A model generated the notes under the pieces. The model was not told the origin of the DNA. It did not search any database and was given only the letters and a program-made list of their open reading frames with translations. Made by a program: the position numbers and the translations under genes. Shown here one piece after another: positions 41,630-54,806 of a DNA stretch of 59,851 nt. The DNA is from Paraglomus brasilianum. Its lineage: Eukaryota. Each line of letters starts with the position of its first letter. Position 1 is the stretch's first letter. Location of the stretch: assembly GCA_910592345.1 (NCBI GenBank), contig CAJVPI010000078.1:1-59851 (forward strand). The letters run 5' to 3'.

Positions 41630-42399
41630 TGGAGATTAATGGCGAGTTACTGCTTTGCCCCCCCAATGCAATAAATCTTATCACATGATGAAGATCTGTT
41701 TCGTAATTACTATATGTGGAAAGAAGTAAATATATTTGCCCAACAATATATCACGATTGGGATGACCTTCTGGTAGAACTTATGTCGCTCCTCAAGTGCG
41801 GAAATAGTTTCTGACCCGTTTATCTCCTAACATACGGAGTAACATTAACCTTAGTAAAATCCGCCGACATATAGTTTATACATTTTATTACTGCGTCACG
41901 TCGCAAGTGGTCACGTTATTATTTTTATTAATTGAATTTTTCTGTCGCTGTACAACAATCATCACGAACAATAACATAGTCGCTCCTGTTAAACAGAAGC
42001 CGTTCGTGCGAAATGGTTCAACAGAACATTCGGTTTACGTATAAATTTTGGGGATAAAATATGTGGCTAATACTAATGCACCACTATATTGTACGTAGCT
42101 ATTATTGTGTCATGTGACCAATGGGAACTGATGCGCGTTGTATTAAGCATCCGCAGCAAACTAAGATTTTATTATAAAAACAGCAATACATCAATCTTAA
42201 ATAAAATATTTGTTTACATGGTATTCACAAGCAAAGTCTTTTTTGGCTTCACAGCTAAATTGCAAAATTCGTAACGGCCAACTTCACAATGCAGTTGCCT
42301 TAATTAAAACCGAAAATTTATTCTCCAGGCATCGAAACGACTATACGAATTAGATCCAAAATTTTCATTATCAAAATGACATTTGAAATTTATAAGTTA

Positions 42400-43230
42400 C
42401 TTGGCAATGGAAAGGTACAATAGAAAGTTGAAGAACAAACCAAGAGGAAAAACCAGAGAGGCAATTCAACGTTGGATTGACGAAGAAAGAAATTTAATTT
42501 GCATCAGAGGGACCAAATAATAGGTTATACTCATCAATGGCTTTGGGACCGGGTATTTTCCTCTTATGCAATCACTCTAATGCTTTATGATTGAGTTAAA
42601 TTATTGTTGTCAAAGCAGCGAAATGTGAATCAAAGCTCAACGGATGCGCTCAAGCAGTCTTTTATCAACACGTTGACGACTATAAGAACGAAAACATTTA
42701 TCTACGAATTGCTACTCTAAAAAAATTGCTGATTGGCGGGTTGAATATTCCATAATGAGGGCTGATGCTTGCCATAACATCAAATTTATCACTATTGAAG
42801 TTCATCAGACTTACGATGGTCTTTCATTTATGGGGTCGTTTGAGCAGTGGAGGCTTTAGTGGATCTTGGAAATATATTTTCATAACACTAGTTTGGACCT
42901 TAGAGATTAAAAGGGCACAATTGTAATTTTAATACGTCAGGGATAATTATAATGCTCTTATGAGCATCTTGGCCTATGGTGAAAGTACTGTTTTCTTGGT
43001 ATTCTACCGTCGAGAATAATATATTTAATGCAGCTGTAAGACATGTTCTGTCCCAAGTAAAAATGTTGAATTATACCATAGAAATCATGACTGTCTCCCA
43101 AAATGCAGTTGCGATTCCTTTTTCCAGTTTCGTCTGCATTATAAATATCTCTAGGATCATATTGAAGCAACAACATTCTTTCTTCTGACAAGGTATCAAG
43201 CGGAACACTAGCAGCCTCTCCTTGCAAACG
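42400..43230 (-). mobile_element. Tigger/pogo (CENP-B-like DDE_1) transposase remnant
   Basis: GEAASVP...LSEER..LLQYDPRDIYNADETG is the hallmark first-catalytic-Asp region. Downstream frames are disrupted. Confidence 0.75.
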
Positions 43231-43721
43231 GTAGTAGGAAAGTCAGAGTGTCCAAACTTATTTACCATACTCCAAGGTGGGGGGGATATAACAATGAACG
43301 AACAGTATAATCGTATTGAGTTCACAATTGTTCAACAAGACCACGGAAACTCAGTTCACAGCCACAGGAGGAGAATATAAGACGTAAAAGTAGTATTCGG
43401 TTGACTATACACGTATACATGTCAGTTTTGTCATTATCTTCCTTTTGCGTCACAGTCGAGGGGCAGATCCGAATCCTCACTTTCCTAATTTGTCCTTGTT
43501 ATCTGATATTGATAAAACCGGTATCTATTTACTTTTCATTTGGGTTCATTTACTACATAAGATTTCCCGCTTTATTTTTGTGTGAAGACAAGCCTTTGCA
43601 TAAAGATACTACATTAAGGCCCTTGCTCGATTGACACAAAAAAGTTACTCTTGTTGTTTAGTAGTCTTTTACACCTACTTGTATTTAAGCGCGGAAGTAA
43701 ACACAGAGCACAACACTTAAC

Positions 43722-45473
43722 ATGGCGCAACGCTTTATCGACGCAAGGAACATGACGTCTGCCGACGAGTAAGCATCCAATTAAAAGTTTCTTTGTCTCT
43801 ATAGCACACATTGGCATCTTGTAAAAATAGTTCGCTTTATTCTATCTAATGTGGCATAGTTTTGTAGGAAGAGTTTTTGAACATATTCGAATATCCATCT
43901 TATAAAAGAGATATAACATTCATTATTGATTGCATTTGTTATTAGTTACGATGAGTTGAATGAATCCCATGATAAGAATATGGTATTGGTTAGAAGTACT
44001 TTTGAATTTATAATTCCGGGCCCATTCAATACAGCGAATAGAATGTTTTCTCCCCCATTTGCTACTTCAGAGAACATGTTTTGGCAATTAGAATTCTGTC
44101 CGGTGAGTTACACAAATTAGCCAAATCATTTACTTTCCCATACAGAGCTAGCCGACATCTTGCTAGAAAGTATATCAATAAATTTGTTTCTTGTCCCCCC
44201 CCCCCCCCAACTAATTTCTGTAGAGTGGAACATCAAAGGACGCCCATTCGGCTTTTCTTTATTTAAGAGCCATCCCAAACGAAGAAGAACTCAAAGTACC
44301 ACAGTGGCCAGCGCGAAATCAATTCTCGCCGAGGATTTACTTATCGCACCATAACGGACTCTTTAGCAGAGAAAAACAACTCAATAAAGAATTCTCGGGA
44401 ACTTCTCGTAAATGGGGTAAGACAGACATGGTGTTTAATTTGCTGTATATCTCGCCACTGGCCGTATTGTCGGCATTTCGTAATTTCCTATTCTCTTTCT
44501 CCTTACTAATACACTCTTTCAATCCACGCCTTTCATTCAATCTGCTCCCATACTTTTACCTGTTAGGTAAGCCAATATGTAAAACATCCAACTTGATCAA
44601 CTACGACAGCATAAAGATAGGGGTCACGTTTGAAGGCGCAGCGTTTCGGTATGAAAAGCAGTCGATTCCCTTTCCTACTCGTGCTGTACCAGTTCAATTG
44701 ATCAATGCATGGGAAAAGCAGCTTGACAGTCCGCATAACACTGATACACAGTTCAATGTTAATGGACATATAATATACGCGAGCAGCATTATACTGTCGA
44801 ACCGTTCAGAATACTTTTGCAACATGTTTCAAGGTCATTGGGCGGAGTCTATAATGGCCAAGAAAAACGTTGAAGGAAGGAAGGAATTGAATGGGAGAGA
44901 TAGAGAAGGCGGAGGAGTAAATATAGAAGAGGAGAGTTTTCCGGTGGAGAAACCGATGTATATTATTAATGTAACAGATTGCAATCATGAAACTTTTCAC
45001 GAAATGTTGAGATTCTTGTATGTATTTGCGGGCGCATATTATTTCTGGTGATCTAGTTTAAACAACCAATTTTCTTTTTTATTTTCCTGCTCCATTCATG
45101 CTAACTTTTCGACCTTAAAACTTGCAGATACACGGATCGAGTAACAATAGACAATACCTCAGACTCTAAGCGTACGGCATTTGACATATTCTACATAGCC
45201 GATAAATACCTCATCAAGGAATTACGTGAGATAGCAAAGCTCGATATTGTTGGAAGGCTGTCCGTCGATTCGGTTACAAAAGTTTTGTTTGAGCATGTGT
45301 GGAAGTGGGAAGATTTGAAAAAAGATGTGATCGTTTATTTTGTCGAGAACTTTGATAAGATAAGGGACACTGATTCATTCAAAAATACTGTTCTTAGTGG
45401 AGGTGAATATTCGCATTTTGGGCCGATTTGGTTAGAAATTTTTCCCTTATTGCGTCTTTCGAAAGACGCCTAA
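43722..45473 (+). CDS. MATH-like plus BTB/POZ domain protein (SPOP-like), multi-exon
   Basis: STFEF..FSPPFATSENMFWQLEFCP, AFLYLRAIP..KWG|KP; BTB DTQFNVNGHIIYASSIILSNRSEYFCNMFQGHWAES...VTDCNHETFHEMLRFL|YTD, IADKYLIKELRE. Stop 45471-45473. The 5' end is uncertain (43722 via micro-exons, or ATG at 43980). Confidence 0.8.
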
Positions 45474-46445
45474 GCTGGGATGCATACAGAACAGTGTTTA
45501 TTGATTGTAAGATAAGTGCGGCCTCCAACGATTAATGTTTAATTAACATAAAGTGATTAATGAATTCTTAATGTTAAGGGATTCGATTAATATTAAAACA
45601 GCTTTTGATTTAATAAAGTGTCTTATCTGCTCATTCATACTTATTCAACTTCCACGTATAGATGCAAAATTGTCTATTACGTCGTGTTTGAAATCATCTA
45701 ACGTATTAGTCGACTGCTGTGCAAACTGGGATTGAGTAATGTTTTCGGTATTCAACTTTGAAAAGAAGGGCTATTCGAAAATAGCGAATTTCATATATAC
45801 GTTGACTCTAACTCGACGTGGCAAATGACCAATTATAATATATCAACAAAATCTCTTGCGAGCCAACAATTGACAGCTATGTATCTAGTATGTGGGATAG
45901 TTTCCAAATTCAGTTTTTCCCTTAACAATAATCAGTTCAGTTATCATTGTCTTCGTGATAAAACATCCATCTAATAACGAGGACACTTAACAACCAAATG
46001 AGAAAATTGGAATTTTCACTTGCGGGCAAAGACAATATAATGTGTCTGGTATTAGATAGGCATCGGGAAAATTCTCTGAAATCAGCATTAGCTTAATGAC
46101 GCGTAAGTCGAATTGATAGCGAGTCTCGGGTATTACAATAAATTATTATGGATTGCGCCCCATCTACTTTATAAATGTCATAATACGAGCTATTTTCAAC
46201 TGCAATTCATTAGCCACATAATATTTAACAATATCAAAGTAAGTATAAATTATTGACCTGGTCCAACTGCAATTGTTTTGTTTCCTTGGCATGCTCTATT
46301 TCCAGAGATTCACGTTCAACTTTATTCCAGAGTCGATCGATCTTCGCGTTCTTACTTCGATGATTCTAAAGAATAGTACATTTATTATACATTTGTTAAT
46401 CTTGTCTCATAAAAGAAAGGAAACCACTGGAACCACTGGTGAAGC

Positions 46446-46597
46446 AGACCACAACGGACACGCAAGACCATAAAGATGCCCACCGTAATTGTGTGAGTTT
46501 TACGGACTATTGAAAGTCTCCCATACTACATTTTGGTAGACCGCAACGGACGCGTAAGACCATAAGGTAGGCAACACGTAAGATGCCCACCGTAGTT
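46446..46597 (+). repeat. Imperfect direct repeat next to the gag remnant
   Basis: agacc(a/g)caacggac(a/g)cg(c/t)aagaccataa...aagatgcccaccgta at 46446-46490 and 46538-46597. Confidence 0.75.
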
Positions 46598-46617
46598 TTT
46601 ACCCCTTATCGGGACTA

Positions 46618-46965
46618 TCATAGGGCTGATATTTTTCTTTGAATGGCCGATTGTTGATTTCCAACATTTTCTCGTTGATATTTTGCTCTCATCCAAGCTC
46701 GTAATGTATCTGGTGAATTTATAGCCGGATTTCCTTGTACAAGACCATTATTTACAGGTACTGGAGCATATTTTCCACCCATCATAGATTTTAAAATATT
46801 ACACTTGACTGCATCGTCAAAATCTCCTGCATTTGCGTTCTCAAGAACCGTCATATGTCCTTCAAGATATGCCCATGATTGAATAACTTTATCCAAGTAA
46901 TTATCAGGTGGTTCTTGGTCTGTATAAGGTTGAAATTGCCTACTGGCCTTAATTATGTTCCACAA
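46618..46965 (-). mobile_element. Gag-like fragment of a retroelement
   Basis: Intronless 115-aa piece with PYTDQEPPDNYLDKV...FDDAVKCNILKSMMGG..LRAWMRAKYQ, a capsid-like pattern. It is truncated at both ends and lies among other TE debris. Confidence 0.55.
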
Positions 46966-47164
46966 CTCAGTTGGGAGAAGGATAGAGGTATTGAAGACAA
47001 ACTGAATTTAGTTAGTTGATGAACACAATGCCAAAATTTTTTTCAATAACTGAATTAATAACAATTGTAAGACTACATGCCTATGACAGATAGATAGGTC
47101 AATAATTTACAGTATGTCAAATACGGTGTGAAGAAAATTATACAAACGATAAAATCATATATAG

Positions 47165-47720
47165 GAGTACCCGTATATGAAAGATTATATAACGGTTCCA
47201 CCGAATACGAAAAGCAATGCATTTCTTGGAGATAGGTTGCAATTGTGGTTTGTTCAAAAAAATTCCGGGAGAGAAGTTTGCTGAATTACATGAAGCGTTT
47301 CAAGCTCTCTCTAGATCCGAACAAGATAACTGCAAGTCGACGTCTTAAAAAGAACACGCGTACTAATAAAAGAACTTTTTATTATTGACGCCTCTACGTA
47401 TCTAAATATATTGGGAACTGGCCGCATAATACCGTGGGTTCATAGTAACATAAAAAGAATGCCGCGATGGATAGACCAAGATAACCAATTTTCTCGAAAA
47501 CTATGCCGAATACATTGATTACCAAGTCCTGGTAGAAACATCAACCGAATTACTCAATCGCTTACACTCTTTGCCAGCTGAAACGAGTTACAAGGCGGTC
47601 TATCGTGATTTTATTGCAGGTCTGTCTCGAAAACGATAGCACGTTGAAATTGTTAAATATGATGCGCTGACACCAGTTAACGCCTTATATTCAAATCATG
47701 ACGAATTTATGTGATCTTAT
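47165..47720 (+). mobile_element. Degenerate Cys-rich DNA-transposase fragment, copy B (inverted relative to 13440-14090)
   Basis: Shared anchors with copy A: ggttccaccgaata(c/t)gaaaa, ttgcaattgtgg, tttcaagc(t/c)ctctctagat, ccaagtcctggtagaaa (47522-47538 is the reverse complement of 13602-13618), acgcctta(t/c)attcaaat(c/t)atg. Confidence 0.7.
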
Positions 47721-48712
47721 ACATCACTAAGCTCAGAAAGGAGAATATGAACGTGCTTTGCTAAGATACAGATGAGTCAGAGACTCCAATTCGATTAAAA
47801 AATTGATCATTATTACTAATTAGAAATTGTTATAAAAAGGTTAGCTATCCAGTATAATTTTGGGTTCGAACGTTCAAAACATAAAAGTTCCTAAAATGTA
47901 ATCGTTCGAAAAGTTCTCTAATTCGGACGCGAAAAAATCAAATGAAATATCAAATAAATATATTTACCAAAAACACATTAACACTCTTTTATTTAAAACC
48001 CTTTATTGCCATGAATGTCCTGCTGCTCAGATGAAAGTCTTAATGACTATTATTCTAGCGGCAAACTATTAGTAACTTGGTAGACTAGCATGTTTGAAGT
48101 AATAATACTATTTATTTTTTTTGTTGCCTGGGAAAATATATCAGATCCATGCAGAATCAGTGAACACAGAAGGGAAAGGACACTAACTGTAAGCACTATT
48201 AGGCATTGGATTGCTGCATTCAAAGATAAAGACGAAGAAAAGGCTTTAATTGTGTTGAAAACATAGAAAGGCAGTTCAGGCAATTGTTGATGGTATCTTT
48301 AAAGAGGAATATGAACACTCTTTCCAGAGTTGGCAGAATTGACAACAGCATTGCACAGAGTTTAATGGAGAGTAATTTGAAGGAATAAAATAGTTATTTT
48401 GATAGGTATTCCAGAAATTATAGAAATAAAAGCCCACACGCAAAACTTACACTGTATATATCAATATTAGAAGTATGTACATTTATATCTAATTGTCGAT
48501 GTGTGTTACAAAATCAAATTGTACTACAGGGACTGTATTTTTCCCGTGTCACTTTGTTGCAACATACTTTATATTAGGGGTGCCACAATTCAAATTTCGT
48601 GATCTAGTCCACCAATCTTTCTTGCATATTAATATTGATATAACACACTCGTCATGTTTTTGTCGTTCACCTCTTCTAATTGCGCAGTCCTTAAACGAAC
48701 AAATAAACCAGG

Positions 48713-50815
48713 ATGGCCTCAAAACCCAAAGCTGACCCAGCTGTCGCGACACAGCAAATAAACCGAATCAAAGAATTAAGTGGACAGCTGACTTCTCAAG
48801 CTTTTAGCGTGAAAATGATGGGTCAGAATGCAAAGACATATAAAGCAGACTGCGTCTCCTTTGCTAATAGAATCCAGCTAACATCCGAGAGGGCTGCAAA
48901 TTTTGCTAAGAAAATTGAAGAAGACCTACCAGAAGTTGTTGCTATGAAATATGATTTGGAAGCTGCCACGGAAGAATTAGAGAAATCTAATCGTGAGTTT
49001 ATTATTACAAATTGTAGAGAAAGTTGTCAAACCTACTGTTGGTTATTACTAGTCACAATTACCGTCCTAATACCTTAAACCGCTGTTAATTATACTTTCT
49101 ATTGATTCCAAAATGTTTATAGAAATATTTCTGCAAATCAAGATGTTTATTCAGCAGAACCAGCTCCCACCATTCCCTAATAAAGTGGTAAATCAGGCTG
49201 AAGACTTTCGTATTCAGCGCTTGATTACAGATTACAACCGTCGCCTAGATAATTGTGTTGGTAATATATCAGTTGCATTTGCATCGCACAAATTGCAAAG
49301 GTCACTTACAATTGAGGAGGAAGAAGAAGTTCTTAAAACTTTAAAGACTGATGTGGAAAAAGAGTTGGCGAAACTGGAAGAACTGAAAAGCTTGAAACAA
49401 GCTGGTGGTGATGATGCAAAGAGTCAATGGTTGAGATTGGCTGTTGAGCAACAGCATTTGAGGTTTATACCTTTTGATCAGATTAAGGTTAATAATTTCT
49501 TGAGACGTGGAGGGTATGTATAATTATAATTAGTCATGGCTGTGCTTAATCATGTATTTATTGCAAATTATATTGTCCTTCCCTGACTTGTTATTAATTT
49601 GTCAATAGTTTTGGTATAGTTTATCAAGCTCAATGGGATGATACACCGATTGTTCTGAAACAGCTCTTTGACCAAAAAGATTTTGTTCAGGAAATTCGTC
49701 TTCACAAGAGAGTTCACGATGGAGATTATATTGTGAAATTACATGGAATTACCAAAGATAACGACGGGAACTTGGGCATGATTATGAAATATGCAGCACA
49801 TGGCAGTCTAAGGGATTACTTAAAGTCGCATGCGAGTAAACTAACGTGGTATCAGAAAGTTCAGTTAGCCAAACAGATTACTATTGGTTTATCTTTTATT
49901 CACAGAGAGAGAATTTTCCACAGAGTATGTCGCAAATATCTAATTCTTAAAAGTTTCGTACGTGTATGGATAATTACTCATACTATCATTTAATACCCCA
50001 TTATCTTTAACTATCGATTTTAGGACTTTCATAGTGTGAGTAAATATAACATTACCCGAGTCTTTATTCTTTTCAATGTCGCCACTCACTAGATGTCGGA
50101 TTTCAGGGCAATATTTTAGTAGATGAAAACGGAGGCCCGATGATAACAGATTTTGGTCTTTCAAGAGCCGATCAAGTCGTGGTTCCCTCCGGTCGCTCTT
50201 CAGAAAGTCCAGTATATGGCCTAGTAGCGTACACGGCCCCGGAAAGACTCAAAGATTCTTCATTGCCATTTGATGAAAAATGTGACATTTACTCACTTGG
50301 AGTAGTATTCTGGGAGATTGGATCAGGCCAAAAACCATTTAAAGAACAAAACGATATGTCATTGGGAGTGAATATAATAATAGGTCAAAGGGAGAAATTT
50401 GGAAAAGGTGTGCCTCTGCGGTACAAGGAATTAATAGAAAAATGTTGGCATGACAATCCCAAAGAAAGGCCTAGTATGAGAGAAATTCAACAAGTTTTGA
50501 GCGACTTGTTGCACGATATGAAGGAACTAGGGAGTGAAAATGTGAGCTGTTTGGAAGAGGATGAAGACGACGAATTTTATGTCACAGCGGGATTGGGTAG
50601 TTATAAACTCACCGAGAGTAAGAGTGAAATTGACACTTCAGACGAATTATCTGGTTCGTCGTCAACCAAATATGTCAACGCACTAGAAGATTTGACAGAG
50701 AATGACGATTCCTATTGTAAGTAGATTTCTGCGTGTTATTTAAAGAATCGTTGCTATAATCGATTGACCAACATTGCCTTTTGTAGATTCAAATGCTTTG
50801 GACGTTTTCATTTGA
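48713..50815 (+). CDS. Tyrosine-kinase-like protein kinase with an N-terminal MLKL-like four-helix bundle, 6 exons
   Basis: Kinase motifs LRRGG|FGIVY, IVLK, FVQE, KYAAHGSLRDYL, IFHR|DFHS|GNILV, ITDFGLS, YTAPE, CDIYSLGVVFWEI, CW..NPKERP. The helical N-terminus has AKTYKADCVSFANRI and IQRLITDYNRRLDNCV, and the tail is acidic. Confidence 0.88.
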
Positions 50816-51242
50816 TGAAAATTGTATAACTTTGGATCGTCGCATTTTCTTATCTTTTACCCCGATACTCTCTCAATTACTTATTATTTTCAAGTAGTGA
50901 AAGTTGACGTCGCTGAAATATTAAAATATAACTTATTCTATTGTTTATTTAATACAATTGCTGTAAACATACCGGACATAACTTGACGAAATGGTAAAAG
51001 ACTGTTATCCGATCGTTAATTCTCAAGTGTTAGCTGAAAACTAACATTTCACGTGAAGTGAAATTATTTCATTCGGTCGCCTCTACAATATATAGTATGA
51101 AAGGATTTTCAATTATTCCGATAGCTAGACCATAAGGTTTTTGCGTCGGGTAGTAGTCTCGGATAAGTAAAATTTGATTTTTATAGCAGATTCGATAGTA
51201 CACATAGTCGTCAATTTGCGAATCCGTAATGAAAAAGTTATT

Positions 51243-51362
51243 ATACGCAATACGCAATACGCAATACGCAATACGTAAAATGCAGCAAAGGTAATACGCG
51301 AATAGTAAGTAATACGTGAAAAAATACACTAATTATGCGCAAGTACTTTCCTAATACGCAAA
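51243..51362 (+). repeat. (ATACGCA)n heptamer array with dispersed taatacg copies
   Basis: atacgca x4 plus atacgta at 51243-51277, with further taatacg at about 51292, 51310 and 51353. Confidence 0.8.
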
Positions 51363-51878
51363 TGAAAATAACACGAGGGATAAAATGGATCATGAATCAC
51401 TGTCATTGCAGGTAATGGTCTAACCATAAGACAGATCACAGCATATATTAAGATAATCTGCTACATGCTCTTGGCCTTAATCCAATTATTGAACTTTTAT
51501 GGGTGGACTTGAGGTTGCTGTTCGCCCTGCTAAAAGACACGAATAAACTAAAGATACAGCACATGTTTGACGAGTTACAACCGTCTGATTGGTCAATCAA
51601 ATATTATTATCTATTAGTTAGTAATTTCAAAATGGAAAGATAGATCTTTTAAGTAGGTTAAGAGATGCGTCTATAGTGAGAGTTTATAGTTGTCAAGAGC
51701 AAGATGTATGTAAGTCGAACTATTGTCAAGTTTAATGTACATTTAATTAATAGTATCAAAGAATCAAATACATGTAATAATATTAGCACTACTCATGCAA
51801 TTTGAACTAAAATATAGCTATACATAGACGTTATGATGTCACTATAAACAGGTTAGCATGTCAAGACAATTATCACTT

Positions 51879-52654
51879 TCACGCTGCATTTACTTCTTCC
51901 TCATTCTTTTTTGCACGTTTAATACAAGATAATCTCTTCACAATAGTAAAGTTGACGCCAGTCACCCACAGCTTCAAAAGAAATTTGTCCGGACTTTGTC
52001 TCAGAGAGGCCTTCACACCTGTTAGTTCGTTCATTAGATGATTACATATTTCACCTCCGAATTCCTCGCAGAATAAATATGGCAGTCTTCCGTATCTCGG
52101 TAAATAGTCGTGAGGAAAATATTTGTCTCTCCGCACGGTGATCTCTGCAACGACATCACCATCAGATAATCTCTGTCTGAAAAAGTTTGTTACATCTAAG
52201 ACGAACTGATCCAATGCCGTCGCATATTGATGATCAGCATAGTTTGGTGGGCGCAAAAGCTGTGTTTCTTCTTCTTCGTCGTCGTTTTCGAGGCGAGGAA
52301 TGGGAATTTGGAAAAAGTCAAATTCGATTAGTAACTCTTCTTTCGATATACCAGAAGATTGATTTCCGCCTGGATATATTATTTTCCCCGTCCTATAATA
52401 TTGCAAGACATAGCGGAACACATGTCCATCGCGATCGATGAAATATTCATTGTTATTCGTTGGGTGAGCGAGTTCATCGTTACGTTTTTGAAACATCCGA
52501 CCGAGAAAAGTATCCGGATAAGCAAGAAGTGTTGAGAGAGTGGTTTCGTACTAGATGAAATAGATTATCAGGTACAAGAAAATGAGAGCTTATACAAATC
52601 GTTATAGTTTACCTTTATTCCTCCTACGTTGAGGACAATTCGTTCGTCAGACAT
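51879..52654 (-). CDS. KCTD/potassium-channel-tetramerisation-type BTB/POZ protein, 2 exons
   Basis: MSDERIVLNVGGIK|YETTLSTLLAYPDTFLGRMF...NEYFIDRDGHVFRYVLQYYRTGKI...ELLIEFDFFQIP. Confidence 0.9.
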
Positions 52655-53710
52655 TGTAAAATTGATAGTATGAATGCGTCTAGTGACAAGAATGACCATG
52701 ATTACCCAGAAAGTCAGGTGACATACGCCATACATAGCAGGCAGTCGATGTGCAACACTCGGTGTTTTTGCTATACTTTACATGGCGAGATGACTTTATG
52801 ATGTGGGTCTAAATTTGCATTCTCATTTTTTAGATTGCTACGAGGCATTCGGTCGAGCGAGGGTTTTTATATCTTTCTTGTCACATGCAAATGTGAATGT
52901 CAGGTGCTAAACCCACGTTTATGATAATTCGTCCGAGAATTTGTACTTCCCATGGATAGAGAAGTCATTGCTGTAGAGCGCATAATCGGTCCTTATTATA
53001 TCGTTGGAGCCTGTCATTTTATTTTTGATCTTCTCGAGTCACCTCGCGTATGTTTTACGTGTGACAGTCACTCTAACGAAACATGCATTTTCAATCCGTA
53101 AATAAATCATCTTTCCCGAGCAAAAATTCCAGACCCAAATAATTGAAGCCATAGTTGTATAAAGGCAATAAAGTCGTAGCGATCGAAAAAATTTATACAT
53201 TAACTGGCTCAGATTTGCATAAAATCACACACAAGTCATACGCGTAAACGCGGACTTTCAAGAGCCAATAGATGCTCATGCAACATCCAAATGCTTTTAC
53301 CAAAGAGGCGTACCTCCATGAAACTGCTTATAATAACACACAGTTTGAGTAGCATGCCTATACAGTATGCAGTCTAATTGGAAATAAGGCTCATAGTCTT
53401 TGCCAAGTTGTTCAACGCTCATGTTTTGTTAATCTTTTATTATTTTGGACATCAAGTTCAATTATTCCGCATTTAATCATCTCTGCAATGCAATAACACC
53501 GTATTGAAGACGACCAATGATGGATTGTCACGGGTCATCCTATCTGCTGTTCGCCTCACTTCAAATTATGTATCTTTTATAATACATTTAATTGTTCTGA
53601 CCGTATAAATATCACCATTCCTGTCTATGACTTTCTTTTTTTTTTTTTTTGCTAACTTACCGTTACATAGTTACAAAGAAATTTATACAAGGCAATTTAT
53701 TATGCTTCCA

Positions 53711-54806
53711 TTAAGTCTTAAGTGCTTGTAATCGAGCCTGCATCTCATTGAGCTCAGGTTCTTCTTCCACCACCTCCTCTTTGGTTGGCTGCAATAAATT
53801 GACAATATGTAAGTAGTGTTAATTTACGAAATACACAATATTCGAGATTATAATCATTCTCACCAATACTTCGCCAACTTCGCCTCCTTCACCGAGTAAT
53901 CCTAAAAGGTGGGAGTAATCAGTAGTGCAGATACTCATTAATTTAAAACGAAACGACAATAACAACAGAGACACCTGTACAAGTTTGGCATTGTTCAACT
54001 GACCATTTGTAACCTCAAACAATATCTTATTTACTTCTGCCTCGGCCTCGTCCTCTACATCGCTTTCCTCTAAGGTTTCAAAAGTATCTTCTATCATTTC
54101 ATCAATGATACCAGCCTAAATTTGCCAGACGTCCAATGTTATATTAACCAGCAACTTTTGTACGAGATAATTCCTCTTAAGAATTTTATTCAATGAAATG
54201 ATTTACTCATCAGACTATCTACCTTTGTCATTTCCATGGATAATTCCTGCATCGCTTGTGATATCTCGGGAAGTCTGGCAAGTTGATTGACCATTTTCAT
54301 AATGTCTGTGCTTTTTTGCAGTGCTCCAGATACTTTTAACACGGCTTGAGAAAGATAATGATGTTAGAGAGATTGGTAGACGGTTAAAATCAAGACACAT
54401 CGTTTTGAGAAATATTTCCATGAGACATTATGCAACAACTCGCTCGTTGTTTCTCGCTTAACTCTTGGAAAACCTCCATTTTATGTCCCCTCCATTCTGT
54501 CTTGGAAAGCTTACCCAACTGATGCTGTAATTGCATTACAATACTGTTCAACTGAGCCTTGCTCGTATAGATTCTATTTTTCTGCTTTTTGCTCCGAACC
54601 AACTCCTTCGCTAAACTTTTACATCCTTTTACATCATTTTTCTTCGCCAAAAGCTTCATACTTTTTTTCACCTTCGCTTCCTCGATCTCAATTCCACGCA
54701 ATTGTCTATCTAAAGAACGCTCCTGGTTGCGAATGCTTTGACGCCATTTGCGGACCGCCTCGTCTGGCGGCGTCTTTTTCCCAAAGAACTTTTGCACTGA
54801 GCTCAT
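53711..54806 (-). CDS. VPS24: ESCRT-III subunit Vps24/CHMP3, 5 exons
   Basis: [84 protein letters not shown]-terminal [14 protein letters not shown]. Confidence 0.95.
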
